A DNA stretch of 62,569 nucleotides from an uncultured Alphaproteobacteria bacterium (GCA_902530685.1 CACAAZ010000004.1:1-62569), one strand, 5' to 3'. Numbered from the stretch's first letter, positions 48,998 through 57,640 are shown. Numbers and translations are program-made. Notes: generated by a model from the letters alone, not told the origin.

Positions 48998-50167
48998 TTA
49001 GTTTATTCTTTCAATCCATTGATTAAATAACTTGTGTAAACACTCATTAGATTTTTCAAGTTCAGATAAACTAATATATTCATTAGCTTTGTGTGCTTGA
49101 TCTATTGAGCCTGGACCACATACAACAACATCCATATTCATTTGTTGAAATATACCAGCCTCAGTTCCAAACGAAATAACTCCAGTTGAATTTGATTTTA
49201 AAATTTCCAGCATAATTACTCTAGCTTGATTTTCCTCTCTTGGAATAAGCCCTGGTATTTCTCCTATTACTTCAGTTTCAATTTTAGCTTCTAAAAATTT
49301 AGATTTCATTTCAGGAAGAAGTTCCCTCTCACAATATGTTGAAATATTATTTTTTACAAATTGCAAATCTTCATTATTAACAGGTCTCATTTCCCAATCT
49401 ATTGAACATTGTCCAGCAATAACATTATGTGCAACACCTCCTTCAATTTTACCAGCCTGTATCGTTGACCAAGGAGGATCGAAGGGACTATCATTTGGTG
49501 TTCTTTCTTTTAATTCATTTGCTAATTCAAAAAGTTTATTTGTAAACAAAGATCCATACTGAATTGCGGATAGTCCTTTTTCAGGATTTGAAGCATGACC
49601 TTCCTTACCGTGAAAACAAGTGGTATATTCACAGTCACCTTTATGTGCTTCTATTACTTCCATACTTGTTGGCTCACCTATGATTACCATTGCAGGTTTA
49701 AATTTATATTTTTTTAGCTCTTCAGAAAGATGTCTTGCTCCAAAACATCCGATCTCTTCATCATATGTAAAGCTAAAATGAATTGGAAAATTTAATTTTT
49801 TATTTTTTAGAATTTCTGCAGTAGCTAGAGCTGAAGCAATAAATCCTTTCATATCACAACTACCTCTTCCATAAAGAAGCTCATCTTTTTGTGTAAGTTT
49901 AAAAGGATCTGATTTCCAACCTAGTTCTTTAGCAGGAACAACATCTGTATGACCTGACAATACTATCCCGCCATCAATCTCTGGTCCTATTGTTGCAAAA
50001 ATGTTAGCTTGTTTGTTATCTGCAGTAGTCATTACATCTACTTTTCCTCCAATAGATTTAATCTTATCAGATAAGTAATTAATCATTTCTAAATTGCTCT
50101 CTGAAGAAACTGTTGGATATGAAACCAAATCAGCTAATATTGAAACAGTTTTGTCAATTGTTCTCAT
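48998..50167 (-). CDS. argE: acetylornithine deacetylase family (M20A)
   Basis: VLSGHTDVVP, LYGRGSCDMKGF, YDEEIGC, IGEPT, FGTEAG, CGPGSIDQAHKANE. Confidence 0.88.
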   Translation of the reverse strand: MRTIDKTVSILADLVSYPTVSSESNLEMINYLSDKIKSIGGKVDVMTTADNKQANIFATIGPEIDGGIVLSGHTDVVPAKELGWKSDPFKLTQKDELLYGRGSCDMKGFIASALATAEILKNKKLNFPIHFSFTYDEEIGCFGARHLSEELKKYKFKPAMVIIGEPTSMEVIEAHKGDCEYTTCFHGKEGHASNPEKGLSAIQYGSLFTNKLFELANELKERTPNDSPFDPPWSTIQAGKIEGGVAHNVIAGQCSIDWEMRPVNNEDLQFVKNNISTYCERELLPEMKSKFLEAKIETEVIGEIPGLIPREENQARVIMLEILKSNSTGVISFGTEAGIFQQMNMDVVVCGPGSIDQAHKANEYISLSELEKSNECLHKLFNQWIERIN

Positions 50168-50264
50168 TTACAAGTAAAAATCTATACACTAATTTAATTA
50201 ACTGAATATAAGAAAAGCCTTAAACTTATATATTTTTCATTATTTTTTGGAGAAGAAAACTAAA

Positions 50265-50279
50265 ATTGTTGTATACAAT
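50265..50279. promoter_or_regulatory. putative operator ATTGT-N5-ACAAT (EnuR/EhuR-like) upstream of ehuB
   Basis: ATTGTTGTATACAAT inverted repeat, containing the palindrome TTGTATACAA, in the argE/ehuB divergent spacer. Confidence 0.55.
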
Positions 50280-50336
50280 CATAAATTTACCAGTAAAAAT
50301 ATCTCTAACTAAACAATTATTTAGGAGGGAAATGAT

Positions 50337-51167
50337 ATGAGATCATTAATAATTGCAATTACAATTATACTTACATCTTTTTCAATAAATGCTGAGTCAT
50401 TATCTGAAAAAGTTGCAGCAGGTGGAAAACCATCGCTCGGATTTGCTACGGCTGTTCCTTGGGGTTATCCTGGTGAAAATGGTGAGCCATTAGGTTTTGT
50501 TAATAAAATAGCTTTAACAATACTTGAAGAAATGGGAATCAATGAAGTTGATACTTCCGTTAATGAGTGGGCTGGCTTAATTCCTGGTCTTAACGCTGGT
50601 CGTTACGACATAATTACGGGTGGTATGTATATTCTTAAAAGTAGATGCGAGAATATAGATTTCTCTGATCCAATTGGATACTTTGGAGATGCTATGATGG
50701 TTCCTGCTGGAAATCCAAAAGGTATTCATAACTATGAAGATGTTGTAAGAACAGGTGCTACTCTTGTGACTGGTATTGGTTTTAATACAGTTGAAGCAGC
50801 AAAAAAATACGGAGTTCCTGATAGCCAAATGCTACTTGTGGATGGTGAAGTAGGAATTCTAGCAGCTATGCAAGCAGGTAGAGCTGATGTTGCAGTACAT
50901 ACTGTTTTTAGTGTTCAAGAACATGTTGAAATTTCTGATGGAAAATTTGAACAAACTGATGCTACAAAAATGCCCAAAGAAGTAATGAATGTAGTTGGTA
51001 TTGGTTTCAGAAAATCTGATTCAGATTTCAAAGAAGAATTCAACAAAGCACTAGCAAAAACTATTGGTGGTGAAAAATGGATGGCAAGAACTGCAGAGTA
51101 TGGATACACTGCAGCTCAATTACCTCCAGAAGGTTTCACAACTGAATATGCTTGTGCTAATAAATAA
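50337..51167 (+). CDS. ehuB: ectoine/hydroxyectoine ABC transporter solute-binding protein
   Basis: Signal peptide, PWGY, EWAGLIPGLNAGRYDIITGGMYILKSRC, VPAGNPKGIHNYED, GFRKSD; AGGAGG SD. Confidence 0.82.
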   Translation: MRSLIIAITIILTSFSINAESLSEKVAAGGKPSLGFATAVPWGYPGENGEPLGFVNKIALTILEEMGINEVDTSVNEWAGLIPGLNAGRYDIITGGMYILKSRCENIDFSDPIGYFGDAMMVPAGNPKGIHNYEDVVRTGATLVTGIGFNTVEAAKKYGVPDSQMLLVDGEVGILAAMQAGRADVAVHTVFSVQEHVEISDGKFEQTDATKMPKEVMNVVGIGFRKSDSDFKEEFNKALAKTIGGEKWMARTAEYGYTAAQLPPEGFTTEYACANK

Positions 51168-51179
51168 TTAAACTTTCTT

Positions 51180-51216
51180 AACTCAGGTAATATAGATTGC
51201 CTGAGTTTTTGATTTT
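51180..51216 (+). terminator. intrinsic terminator/attenuator between ehuB and ehuC
   Basis: AACTCAGGTAAT-atag-ATTGCCTGAGTT (one G-U pair) followed by TTTGATTTT. Confidence 0.8.
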
Positions 51217-51232
51217 CCAAGGATAACCAATT

Positions 51233-51904
51233 TTGAATTTTTTTAGTTTTGTATTTGAGTACGGCCCTAAATTTACATCTGCCGCAATAATTACTGCTCA
51301 AGTTTTTATTTATTCATCATTACTTGCAGTATTAATTTCACTTATTTTTGGAATAATGAGGTTATCAAAAAATATAATTATTCAATCAATTGCAACTATA
51401 TATATCGAGTTCTATCGTGGAACTTCATTAATCATCCAAATGTTTTGGATATATTATGTACTTCCTTTGTTTGGAGTTCCTTTGCCAGCTTTACTAGCTG
51501 GTGTTTTAGCCTTAGGTATGAATTTTGGTGCTTATGGCGCAGAGGTATTTAGAGCAGGTATTTTAGCAGTACCCAAAGGACAGTGGGAAGGTGCATTAGC
51601 TCTCAATTTTAGTAAAAGTAAAAGAATGCAAAGAATTATTATACCTCAAATATATCCAATAATACTTCCTCCTGCAGCAAACCTTGCAGTAGAATTACTT
51701 AAGGGTACAGCTCTAGTATCTTTAATTACGCTTGTAGATTTAATGTTTGTAGCTAAGCAAATTAATATGATGACTTGGCTTTCCGCCCAGTCATTTGGAT
51801 TAGCGCTTATAATTTATTTTGTTATGGCAAGATTTGTTCTTGTGCCTTTTTTACGATGGTTAGAATTATTGGCAGCAAAAAAAGTTGGTAGAGGAAAAAT
51901 TTAA
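51233..51904 (+). CDS. ehuC: ectoine ABC transporter permease (TTG start)
   Basis: YIEFYRGTSLIIQMFWIYYVLP, GAYGAEV.RAG, GQWE, ELLKGTALVSLIT. Confidence 0.85.
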   Translation: MNFFSFVFEYGPKFTSAAIITAQVFIYSSLLAVLISLIFGIMRLSKNIIIQSIATIYIEFYRGTSLIIQMFWIYYVLPLFGVPLPALLAGVLALGMNFGAYGAEVFRAGILAVPKGQWEGALALNFSKSKRMQRIIIPQIYPIILPPAANLAVELLKGTALVSLITLVDLMFVAKQINMMTWLSAQSFGLALIIYFVMARFVLVPFLRWLELLAAKKVGRGKI

Positions 51905-51906
51905 TT

Positions 51907-52584
51907 ATGTACGTAGAATGGAGATGGGAATGGACATTTGAAATATTACCTCAAATGCTATGGGCTACTCTAAATACTTTTTTGGCAGCTGGAGTTGGGT
52001 ACGCAATAGCAGCAGTTGTTGGTATTATATTAATGTTAGGACAAAGAACACCTTATAAAATAGTAAATATTGTAATAAGAGAAATCGTCGAATTTATTCG
52101 TTCCACACCTCTTCTTGTCCAATTATTTTTTGTTTATTTTGTTGCTCCACAATTTGGAATAATTCTTTCAGCTTGGGTTTCTGCAATGATTACAATTGGG
52201 CTTCATTACGGTACATATCTTTCTGAGGTTTATAGAGGTGCTCTGGAAGGAGTCCAAAGAACTCAGTGGGAAGCATGCAAAGCTCTTAACTTTTCAAGTG
52301 GTTATACTTACCGTAAAATAATACTTCCTCAAGCATTCCCAATTGCTATTCCAGGAATGGGAAATTACCTTGTTGGAATTTTTAAAGATACTCCTTTACT
52401 TGCTACAATAGGAGTTGCAGAACTGTTCTTTACAGCAAATGCCATAGGAGCATATACATATAGATACCTCGAGCCATACACAATGGTAGGTGTCATATTC
52501 TTAGTTATTTCATTACCCACAGCATTTGGTATAAGAAGACTTGAAGCAGCAGTTAATAAAGCACAAGGAAAATTTAATGTATAA
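51907..52584 (+). CDS. ehuD: ectoine ABC transporter permease
   Basis: W.WEWTFEILP, EFIRSTPLLVQL, GLHYGTYLSEVYR, GNYLVGIFKDTP, YRYLEP. Confidence 0.88.
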   Translation: MYVEWRWEWTFEILPQMLWATLNTFLAAGVGYAIAAVVGIILMLGQRTPYKIVNIVIREIVEFIRSTPLLVQLFFVYFVAPQFGIILSAWVSAMITIGLHYGTYLSEVYRGALEGVQRTQWEACKALNFSSGYTYRKIILPQAFPIAIPGMGNYLVGIFKDTPLLATIGVAELFFTANAIGAYTYRYLEPYTMVGVIFLVISLPTAFGIRRLEAAVNKAQGKFNV

Positions 52585-52599
52585 AGGTTTAAAAATAAT

Positions 52600-53394
52600 A
52601 TGAATCAAGATGATAATTCAAGTGACATTTTAGTAAAATTTTCTGAAGTAACAAAACAATATGGAGATTTAGTTGTTTTAGATAAATTAAATCTGGAAAT
52701 AAAAAAAAATGAAATGGTTTCAATTATAGGCCCATCTGGTTCTGGAAAAACAACAGTCTTAAGAGTTTTAATGACATTAGAAAAAATAAATAATGGTGTC
52801 ATTTATTTGGATAATGAACCATTAACGCATATGAATGAAAATGGAAAATTAATAGAAGCTAGTGAAAAATATATCAGGGAAAGAAGATCAAAAATAGGTA
52901 TGGTCTTTCAACAATTTAATTTATTTCCCCATATGACTGCATTGCAAAATTGTATAGAGGCACCTGTGCATGTTTTAGGTCTTAAAAAAGAAGATGCCGA
53001 AGAAAGAGCGCTTGAATTACTAGAACTTGTTGGACTCTCTGATAAAAAAGATGAGCATCCTACTAGATTATCAGGTGGGCAACAGCAACGAGTTGCTATT
53101 GCAAGAGCTTTAGCAATGAGGCCAAAAGTAATGTTATTGGATGAAATTACTTCAGCACTTGACCCTGAAGTTGTTGGAGAAGTATTAAATGTTATTCGTT
53201 CTCTTAATAAAGAACATAACCTTACTATGATTATGGTGACCCATCAGATGGGGTTTGCGAGAGAAATTTCAGATCGTGTTTGTTTTTTTTATGATGGTAA
53301 AATTTTTGAACAAGGCCCTCCAGAGAGATTATTTGGAAATCCTCAAAATGAAAGGACTAAACAATTTCTTCATGCTGTTTTGGATGCAAACTAA
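52600..53394 (+). CDS. ehuA: ectoine ABC transporter ATP-binding protein
   Basis: GPSGSGKTTVLRVLMTLE, LSGGQQQRVAIARALAMRP, DEITSALDPE. Confidence 0.88.
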   Translation: MNQDDNSSDILVKFSEVTKQYGDLVVLDKLNLEIKKNEMVSIIGPSGSGKTTVLRVLMTLEKINNGVIYLDNEPLTHMNENGKLIEASEKYIRERRSKIGMVFQQFNLFPHMTALQNCIEAPVHVLGLKKEDAEERALELLELVGLSDKKDEHPTRLSGGQQQRVAIARALAMRPKVMLLDEITSALDPEVVGEVLNVIRSLNKEHNLTMIMVTHQMGFAREISDRVCFFYDGKIFEQGPPERLFGNPQNERTKQFLHAVLDAN

Positions 53395-53395
53395 T

Positions 53396-54151
53396 TTATA
53401 TTTTAAATAAATTTCCAAACCCATTAATTTTATTTTCTTTAATATTTGATAATTTTAAAGAGTCCCATATCAATGCTTGGTTACTAGAAATAACATTAAT
53501 CTTAAAATCATTTTCTATATCTTCTAGAATATCAACGATTTTTAATGCTGTACAAGATACAAATAAACCATCAATATTTTTAAAGTTAATTTTGGAAATT
53601 TGATCCTTTAAACTCTTTAAACTAACTTGAGCTATTTCAGAGTCGTAATTTAGATTAAAAGAACTAAAGGACTCAATCTCAATATTGAAATTTTTAAGAT
53701 AATTAAAAACGGTTAAATTTACATCCTTAGGATAAGGAGTTAAGACAGCAATTTTTTGAAATTTTAATTTTTTAAAAGCTTTTAAAGCTGCTGTGATAGG
53801 AGTTGTAACTAATGTATTAGGCTTTGATTTACGAATTTGATTTGTTATTTCTTTTTCACCAATTGCAATAGTTCCAGATGTACAACCATATGCAACCACA
53901 TCAATATTTTGACCAGGTAATATTTGATCACAGACTTCAGGTATATAATTAGCCATTTTTAAATAATTTTCATGATTTAAAGGGTTATTGAAAGGTATCC
54001 TATTTACAAATATGTCTATTGGAAGAGAATGACATATTTTCCTGAAATCTTGTTCTATTGTAAAATCTGTTGAAAGAGCAATAAGTCCTATCCTTGGATT
54101 AGTTGTATTTTCCAAAATAGGATATAATATATTTTGATTGAAGTTTTTCAT
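53396..54151 (-). CDS. eutA: Asp/Glu racemase / maleate isomerase family, EutA-like
   Basis: RIGLIALSTDFTIEQDF, AYGCTSG and FVSCTAL (two catalytic Cys), LTPY, SSNQA. Confidence 0.8.
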   Translation of the reverse strand: MKNFNQNILYPILENTTNPRIGLIALSTDFTIEQDFRKICHSLPIDIFVNRIPFNNPLNHENYLKMANYIPEVCDQILPGQNIDVVAYGCTSGTIAIGEKEITNQIRKSKPNTLVTTPITAALKAFKKLKFQKIAVLTPYPKDVNLTVFNYLKNFNIEIESFSSFNLNYDSEIAQVSLKSLKDQISKINFKNIDGLFVSCTALKIVDILEDIENDFKINVISSNQALIWDSLKLSNIKENKINGFGNLFKI

Positions 54152-55254
54152 TACTGATTTGGAAAATAATCTTCACATTCACCTTCGCGGTAGACATCTG
54201 TTGTTGCACAATGGAGACTTCCTCCAAAAGCATAGACATCTCTAAAAGGAACTGGAATAACATCCATACCAAAATTTTCCATTTGTTTAATCATTTTTTC
54301 TTCAGAAGCTTCAACACAAATGGTTTTTGGATTTAGAATCAAAACGTTCATGGATAGCCATATAGATGAGTAGCACATTGGCGGAGGAGTGTTATGGATT
54401 GAAGGTGCCGCCTCGTGTATTTCCCATTTATTATCGTCAAATATTTTTCTTTGTTCATTTGATATTTTTCTGTTTGGGTTCATTATAATAACTCCAGGTT
54501 TTATTGGCGTAAAACATGCATCAATATGAGTAGGTATTAGTTCTCCAGGTAAATTAATCTGATGAATACGATGATTTGGATAATGTCTTCTTAACCAATC
54601 TAAACCTTTTAAATTTGATGTAAAATTGTTGTGATAAAAAAGATCTTTTCCAAAGCGTAAAATTTCTGCTGCATCAAAAAGTGGTTCTTTTTCTGTCAAT
54701 ATCATATCTCTATTTTCAATTTTTTTATATCTTTCTTCTTCAGTTATGCCTTCAGGAAGATAATTAGACTTATAAGATTGATTAGTTAATCTTGGTTTTG
54801 GTGCTGACTCCCATCGCATATTTTTATCTTCTGAATAATATTTTTCAAGTAATGGTCTATACGCAAGATATTCAAACCATCTACATCTATAAGACATGGG
54901 TGCTTCTAGCATTTCATTACCTACTGTTAATATAACATCCCTTGGTGGCATACAACCAAACATACCTTCGTTTGACCAATCTGGAGTATTTATTGTTTGA
55001 CTAAAATCTATTGGAGTTGGTCTATCAACTTTTATATCAAGATTATTCAATATTTTTACGAAATTGTCTAATTGAATATTAGCTTTATCAATTGCATCCT
55101 TTGGTCTTGGCCCATGAGATCCAATCATACCGCTATCTTTACTAATTTTTGGAGCAAGAGCGGGTTCAATTGGTGGGATATTTGAATTTTCTACTCTACC
55201 AACTATTACATGTTTAAGAGAATCCCATTCATTCCACGAATTTACTATTGTCAT
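54151..55254 (-). CDS. amidinotransferase (glycine/inosamine-phosphate amidinotransferase family)
   Basis: VNSWNEWDSLKHVIVGR, PPRD, FDAAE, HIDA, WLSMNVL, GGSLHCAT: Asp-His-Cys triad intact; TAATG overlap with eutA. Confidence 0.9.
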   Translation of the reverse strand: MTIVNSWNEWDSLKHVIVGRVENSNIPPIEPALAPKISKDSGMIGSHGPRPKDAIDKANIQLDNFVKILNNLDIKVDRPTPIDFSQTINTPDWSNEGMFGCMPPRDVILTVGNEMLEAPMSYRCRWFEYLAYRPLLEKYYSEDKNMRWESAPKPRLTNQSYKSNYLPEGITEEERYKKIENRDMILTEKEPLFDAAEILRFGKDLFYHNNFTSNLKGLDWLRRHYPNHRIHQINLPGELIPTHIDACFTPIKPGVIIMNPNRKISNEQRKIFDDNKWEIHEAAPSIHNTPPPMCYSSIWLSMNVLILNPKTICVEASEEKMIKQMENFGMDVIPVPFRDVYAFGGSLHCATTDVYREGECEDYFPNQ

Positions 55255-55295
55255 TATAAGTTCCTTAATTTAAATTAAGTATATATTTATAGAAT

Positions 55296-56747
55296 ATGGA
55301 ATTAAATAATAAATCTCTGTTTAAAGAAAAATGTTATGTCAATGGTAGTTGGGTTGAAAGCCAATCCGGTGATTTTTTAGAAGTAAATAATCCCGCAACA
55401 CAAGAGATCATCGGGAAAGTCCCTAAATTTACAAAAGATGAAACAAAAAAAGTAATAGAAAATGCGAATGATGCTTTTCAAACATGGAAAAACACAACTG
55501 CAAAAGAAAGATCTGTTATTCTTAAAAAATGGGGAGATTTAATTGTTGAAAACGTAGAAGATCTTGCAAAAATTATGACAATAGAACAAGGTAAACCTGT
55601 AGCAGAAGCTAAAGGTGAAATATTAATGGGAGCATCATACATTGAATTTTATGCAGAAGAGGCAAAAAGAGTATATGGCGATATAATACCAGACCCAAGA
55701 CCTGGAAAAAGAATAGTTGTAATTAAACAACCTGTAGGAGTTGTTGGAGCCATAACTCCATGGAATTTCCCCAACTCAATGATAACTAGGAAATGTGCAG
55801 CTGCTTTAGCAGTAGGTTGTACAGCGGTTGTTAAACCAGCAAGTCAAACTCCTTATTCGGCTTTGGCAGTTGCTGAATTAGCACATAGGGCTGGTTTTCC
55901 TAAAGGTGTGTTTAATATTATTACAGGATCTGCAAAAGATATAGGTTTAGAATTAACTAAAAATCCAATGGTTCGAAAAATTTCATTTACAGGTTCGACC
56001 GAAGTTGGCAAAATATTAATGGAACAAAGTGCTTCAACTGTAAAAAAGGTTTCAATGGAATTGGGTGGTCATGCACCTTTCATAGTATTTGATGATGCTG
56101 ATCTGAATGAAGCTGTAACTGGAGCAATGCAAAGTAAGTTTAGAAATAGTGGTCAAACTTGTATTTGTTCAAATCGAATTTTTGTTCATGAGAAAGTTTA
56201 TGATGAATTTTTAGAAAAATTTTCAGCTGAGGTGAAAAAAATTAAAGTTGGAAATGGATTAGATGAAGGCGTTGTGTCAGGTCCACTTATAGATAAATCA
56301 TCTTTAGATAAAGTAATTGATCATGTGCAAGATGCAGTAAATACGGGTGCAAAAATAGCCGTAGGTGGTGACGTTCATTCACTTGGTGGTAATTTTTATC
56401 AACCTACAGTCTTATCACATGTGACAACTAAAGCTAAAATTACATTTGAGGAAACATTTGGTCCAGTTGCACCGTTATATAAATTTTCAAATGATGAAGA
56501 AGTAATAAATTTAGCAAACGATACTCCTTATGGTTTAGCATCCTATTTTTATTCAAGAGATATTAGTAGAGTATGGAAAATTGCTGAAGCTTTGGAATAT
56601 GGTATTGTGTCAATTAATAATGGACTTCCAACAATTGCTGAAATACCGTTTGGGGGAGTAAAAGAATCTGGAATGGGAAGAGAAGGATCAAAGTACGGTT
56701 TAGACGATTATCTAGTTATTAAATACATTTCAATGGGCGGTATTTAA
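55296..56747 (+). CDS. gabD: NAD(P)-dependent succinate-semialdehyde dehydrogenase family (GabD/DoeC-like)
   Basis: EQGKP..EAKGEI, AEEAKRVYGD, ITPWNFP, MELGGHAP, SKFRNSGQTC, EETFGPVAP. Confidence 0.85.
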   Translation: MELNNKSLFKEKCYVNGSWVESQSGDFLEVNNPATQEIIGKVPKFTKDETKKVIENANDAFQTWKNTTAKERSVILKKWGDLIVENVEDLAKIMTIEQGKPVAEAKGEILMGASYIEFYAEEAKRVYGDIIPDPRPGKRIVVIKQPVGVVGAITPWNFPNSMITRKCAAALAVGCTAVVKPASQTPYSALAVAELAHRAGFPKGVFNIITGSAKDIGLELTKNPMVRKISFTGSTEVGKILMEQSASTVKKVSMELGGHAPFIVFDDADLNEAVTGAMQSKFRNSGQTCICSNRIFVHEKVYDEFLEKFSAEVKKIKVGNGLDEGVVSGPLIDKSSLDKVIDHVQDAVNTGAKIAVGGDVHSLGGNFYQPTVLSHVTTKAKITFEETFGPVAPLYKFSNDEEVINLANDTPYGLASYFYSRDISRVWKIAEALEYGIVSINNGLPTIAEIPFGGVKESGMGREGSKYGLDDYLVIKYISMGGI

Positions 56748-57634
56748 GATAGCCAAGCAGCTCCTCTAACTCCGCTTGAATCTCCATGCATATTTTTTAC
56801 GACTTTAGTATGAAGAGTATCAGTAAATACATATTTTTTTAATTCTATATCAATGTTTTCAAATATATATTCGATATTTGACATTCCACCGCCTAAGACA
56901 ATAATATCAGGGTCAAGAATATTACATACCAATGAGAGGCCTCTTGCCAAATGATTTGTATATTGCTTTAGCGCAAATGTACAATCTTCATCAAAGTTTT
57001 TGAAACCATCCAGAATTTGATGTGAATCAAATTCTTTATTGAATCTTAAATTAAATGATGATGCAAAACCTGGTCCTGATACATATGTTTCCATACAACC
57101 ATCTTTCCCACAGTAGCATTTTTTTACAAACTTTTTTTCTTCATCTGACCGATTTGGTAAAGTTACATGACCCCATTCACCACCTATGTGATTCCTACCT
57201 TGAAGAACTTTATGATCTATAACAATTCCACCTCCTGTTCCTGTGCCAATAATTACTCCAAATACAACTTTATGACCCTTTCCAGCACCATCAACTGCTT
57301 CCGATAAAGTAAAACAGTTTGCATCATTTTCTAAATTTACATTTTTTTTTAAAATTTTTTCTAAATCTTTTTTTAGTGGTTTTCCGTTTAGCCAAATGGA
57401 ATTAGCATTTTTAATCAAAGCTGAGTCGGCTGATATTGCTCCAGGCATTCCGATACCTATATTTGCTACATTACCGAATAATTTCTCAAAATTGTTAACA
57501 ATTGATAATATCCCCTTAATTGTTCCATCATAATTTTTTTCAGTTGTTATTCTTTGACGTTTTAATTCTTTACCATGAGCATCGATGATAATACCTTCGG
57601 TTTTGGTACCACCCAAATCAATACCAATTTTCAT
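56744..57634 (-). CDS. ROK family sugar kinase (manno/fructokinase Mak-like)
   Basis: GIDLGGTK, ENDANCFTLSEA.DGAG, GEWGH, CYCGKDGC.E, HGDSSGVRGAAWL. Confidence 0.9.
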   Translation of the reverse strand: MKIGIDLGGTKTEGIIIDAHGKELKRQRITTEKNYDGTIKGILSIVNNFEKLFGNVANIGIGMPGAISADSALIKNANSIWLNGKPLKKDLEKILKKNVNLENDANCFTLSEAVDGAGKGHKVVFGVIIGTGTGGGIVIDHKVLQGRNHIGGEWGHVTLPNRSDEEKKFVKKCYCGKDGCMETYVSGPGFASSFNLRFNKEFDSHQILDGFKNFDEDCTFALKQYTNHLARGLSLVCNILDPDIIVLGGGMSNIEYIFENIDIELKKYVFTDTLHTKVVKNMHGDSSGVRGAAWLS

Positions 57635-57640
57635 TAAAAA

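Noticed and set aside
55265-55278. CtrA box
   Set aside because: The spacing is TTAA-N6-TTAA rather than N7, and such matches are common in AT-rich DNA.
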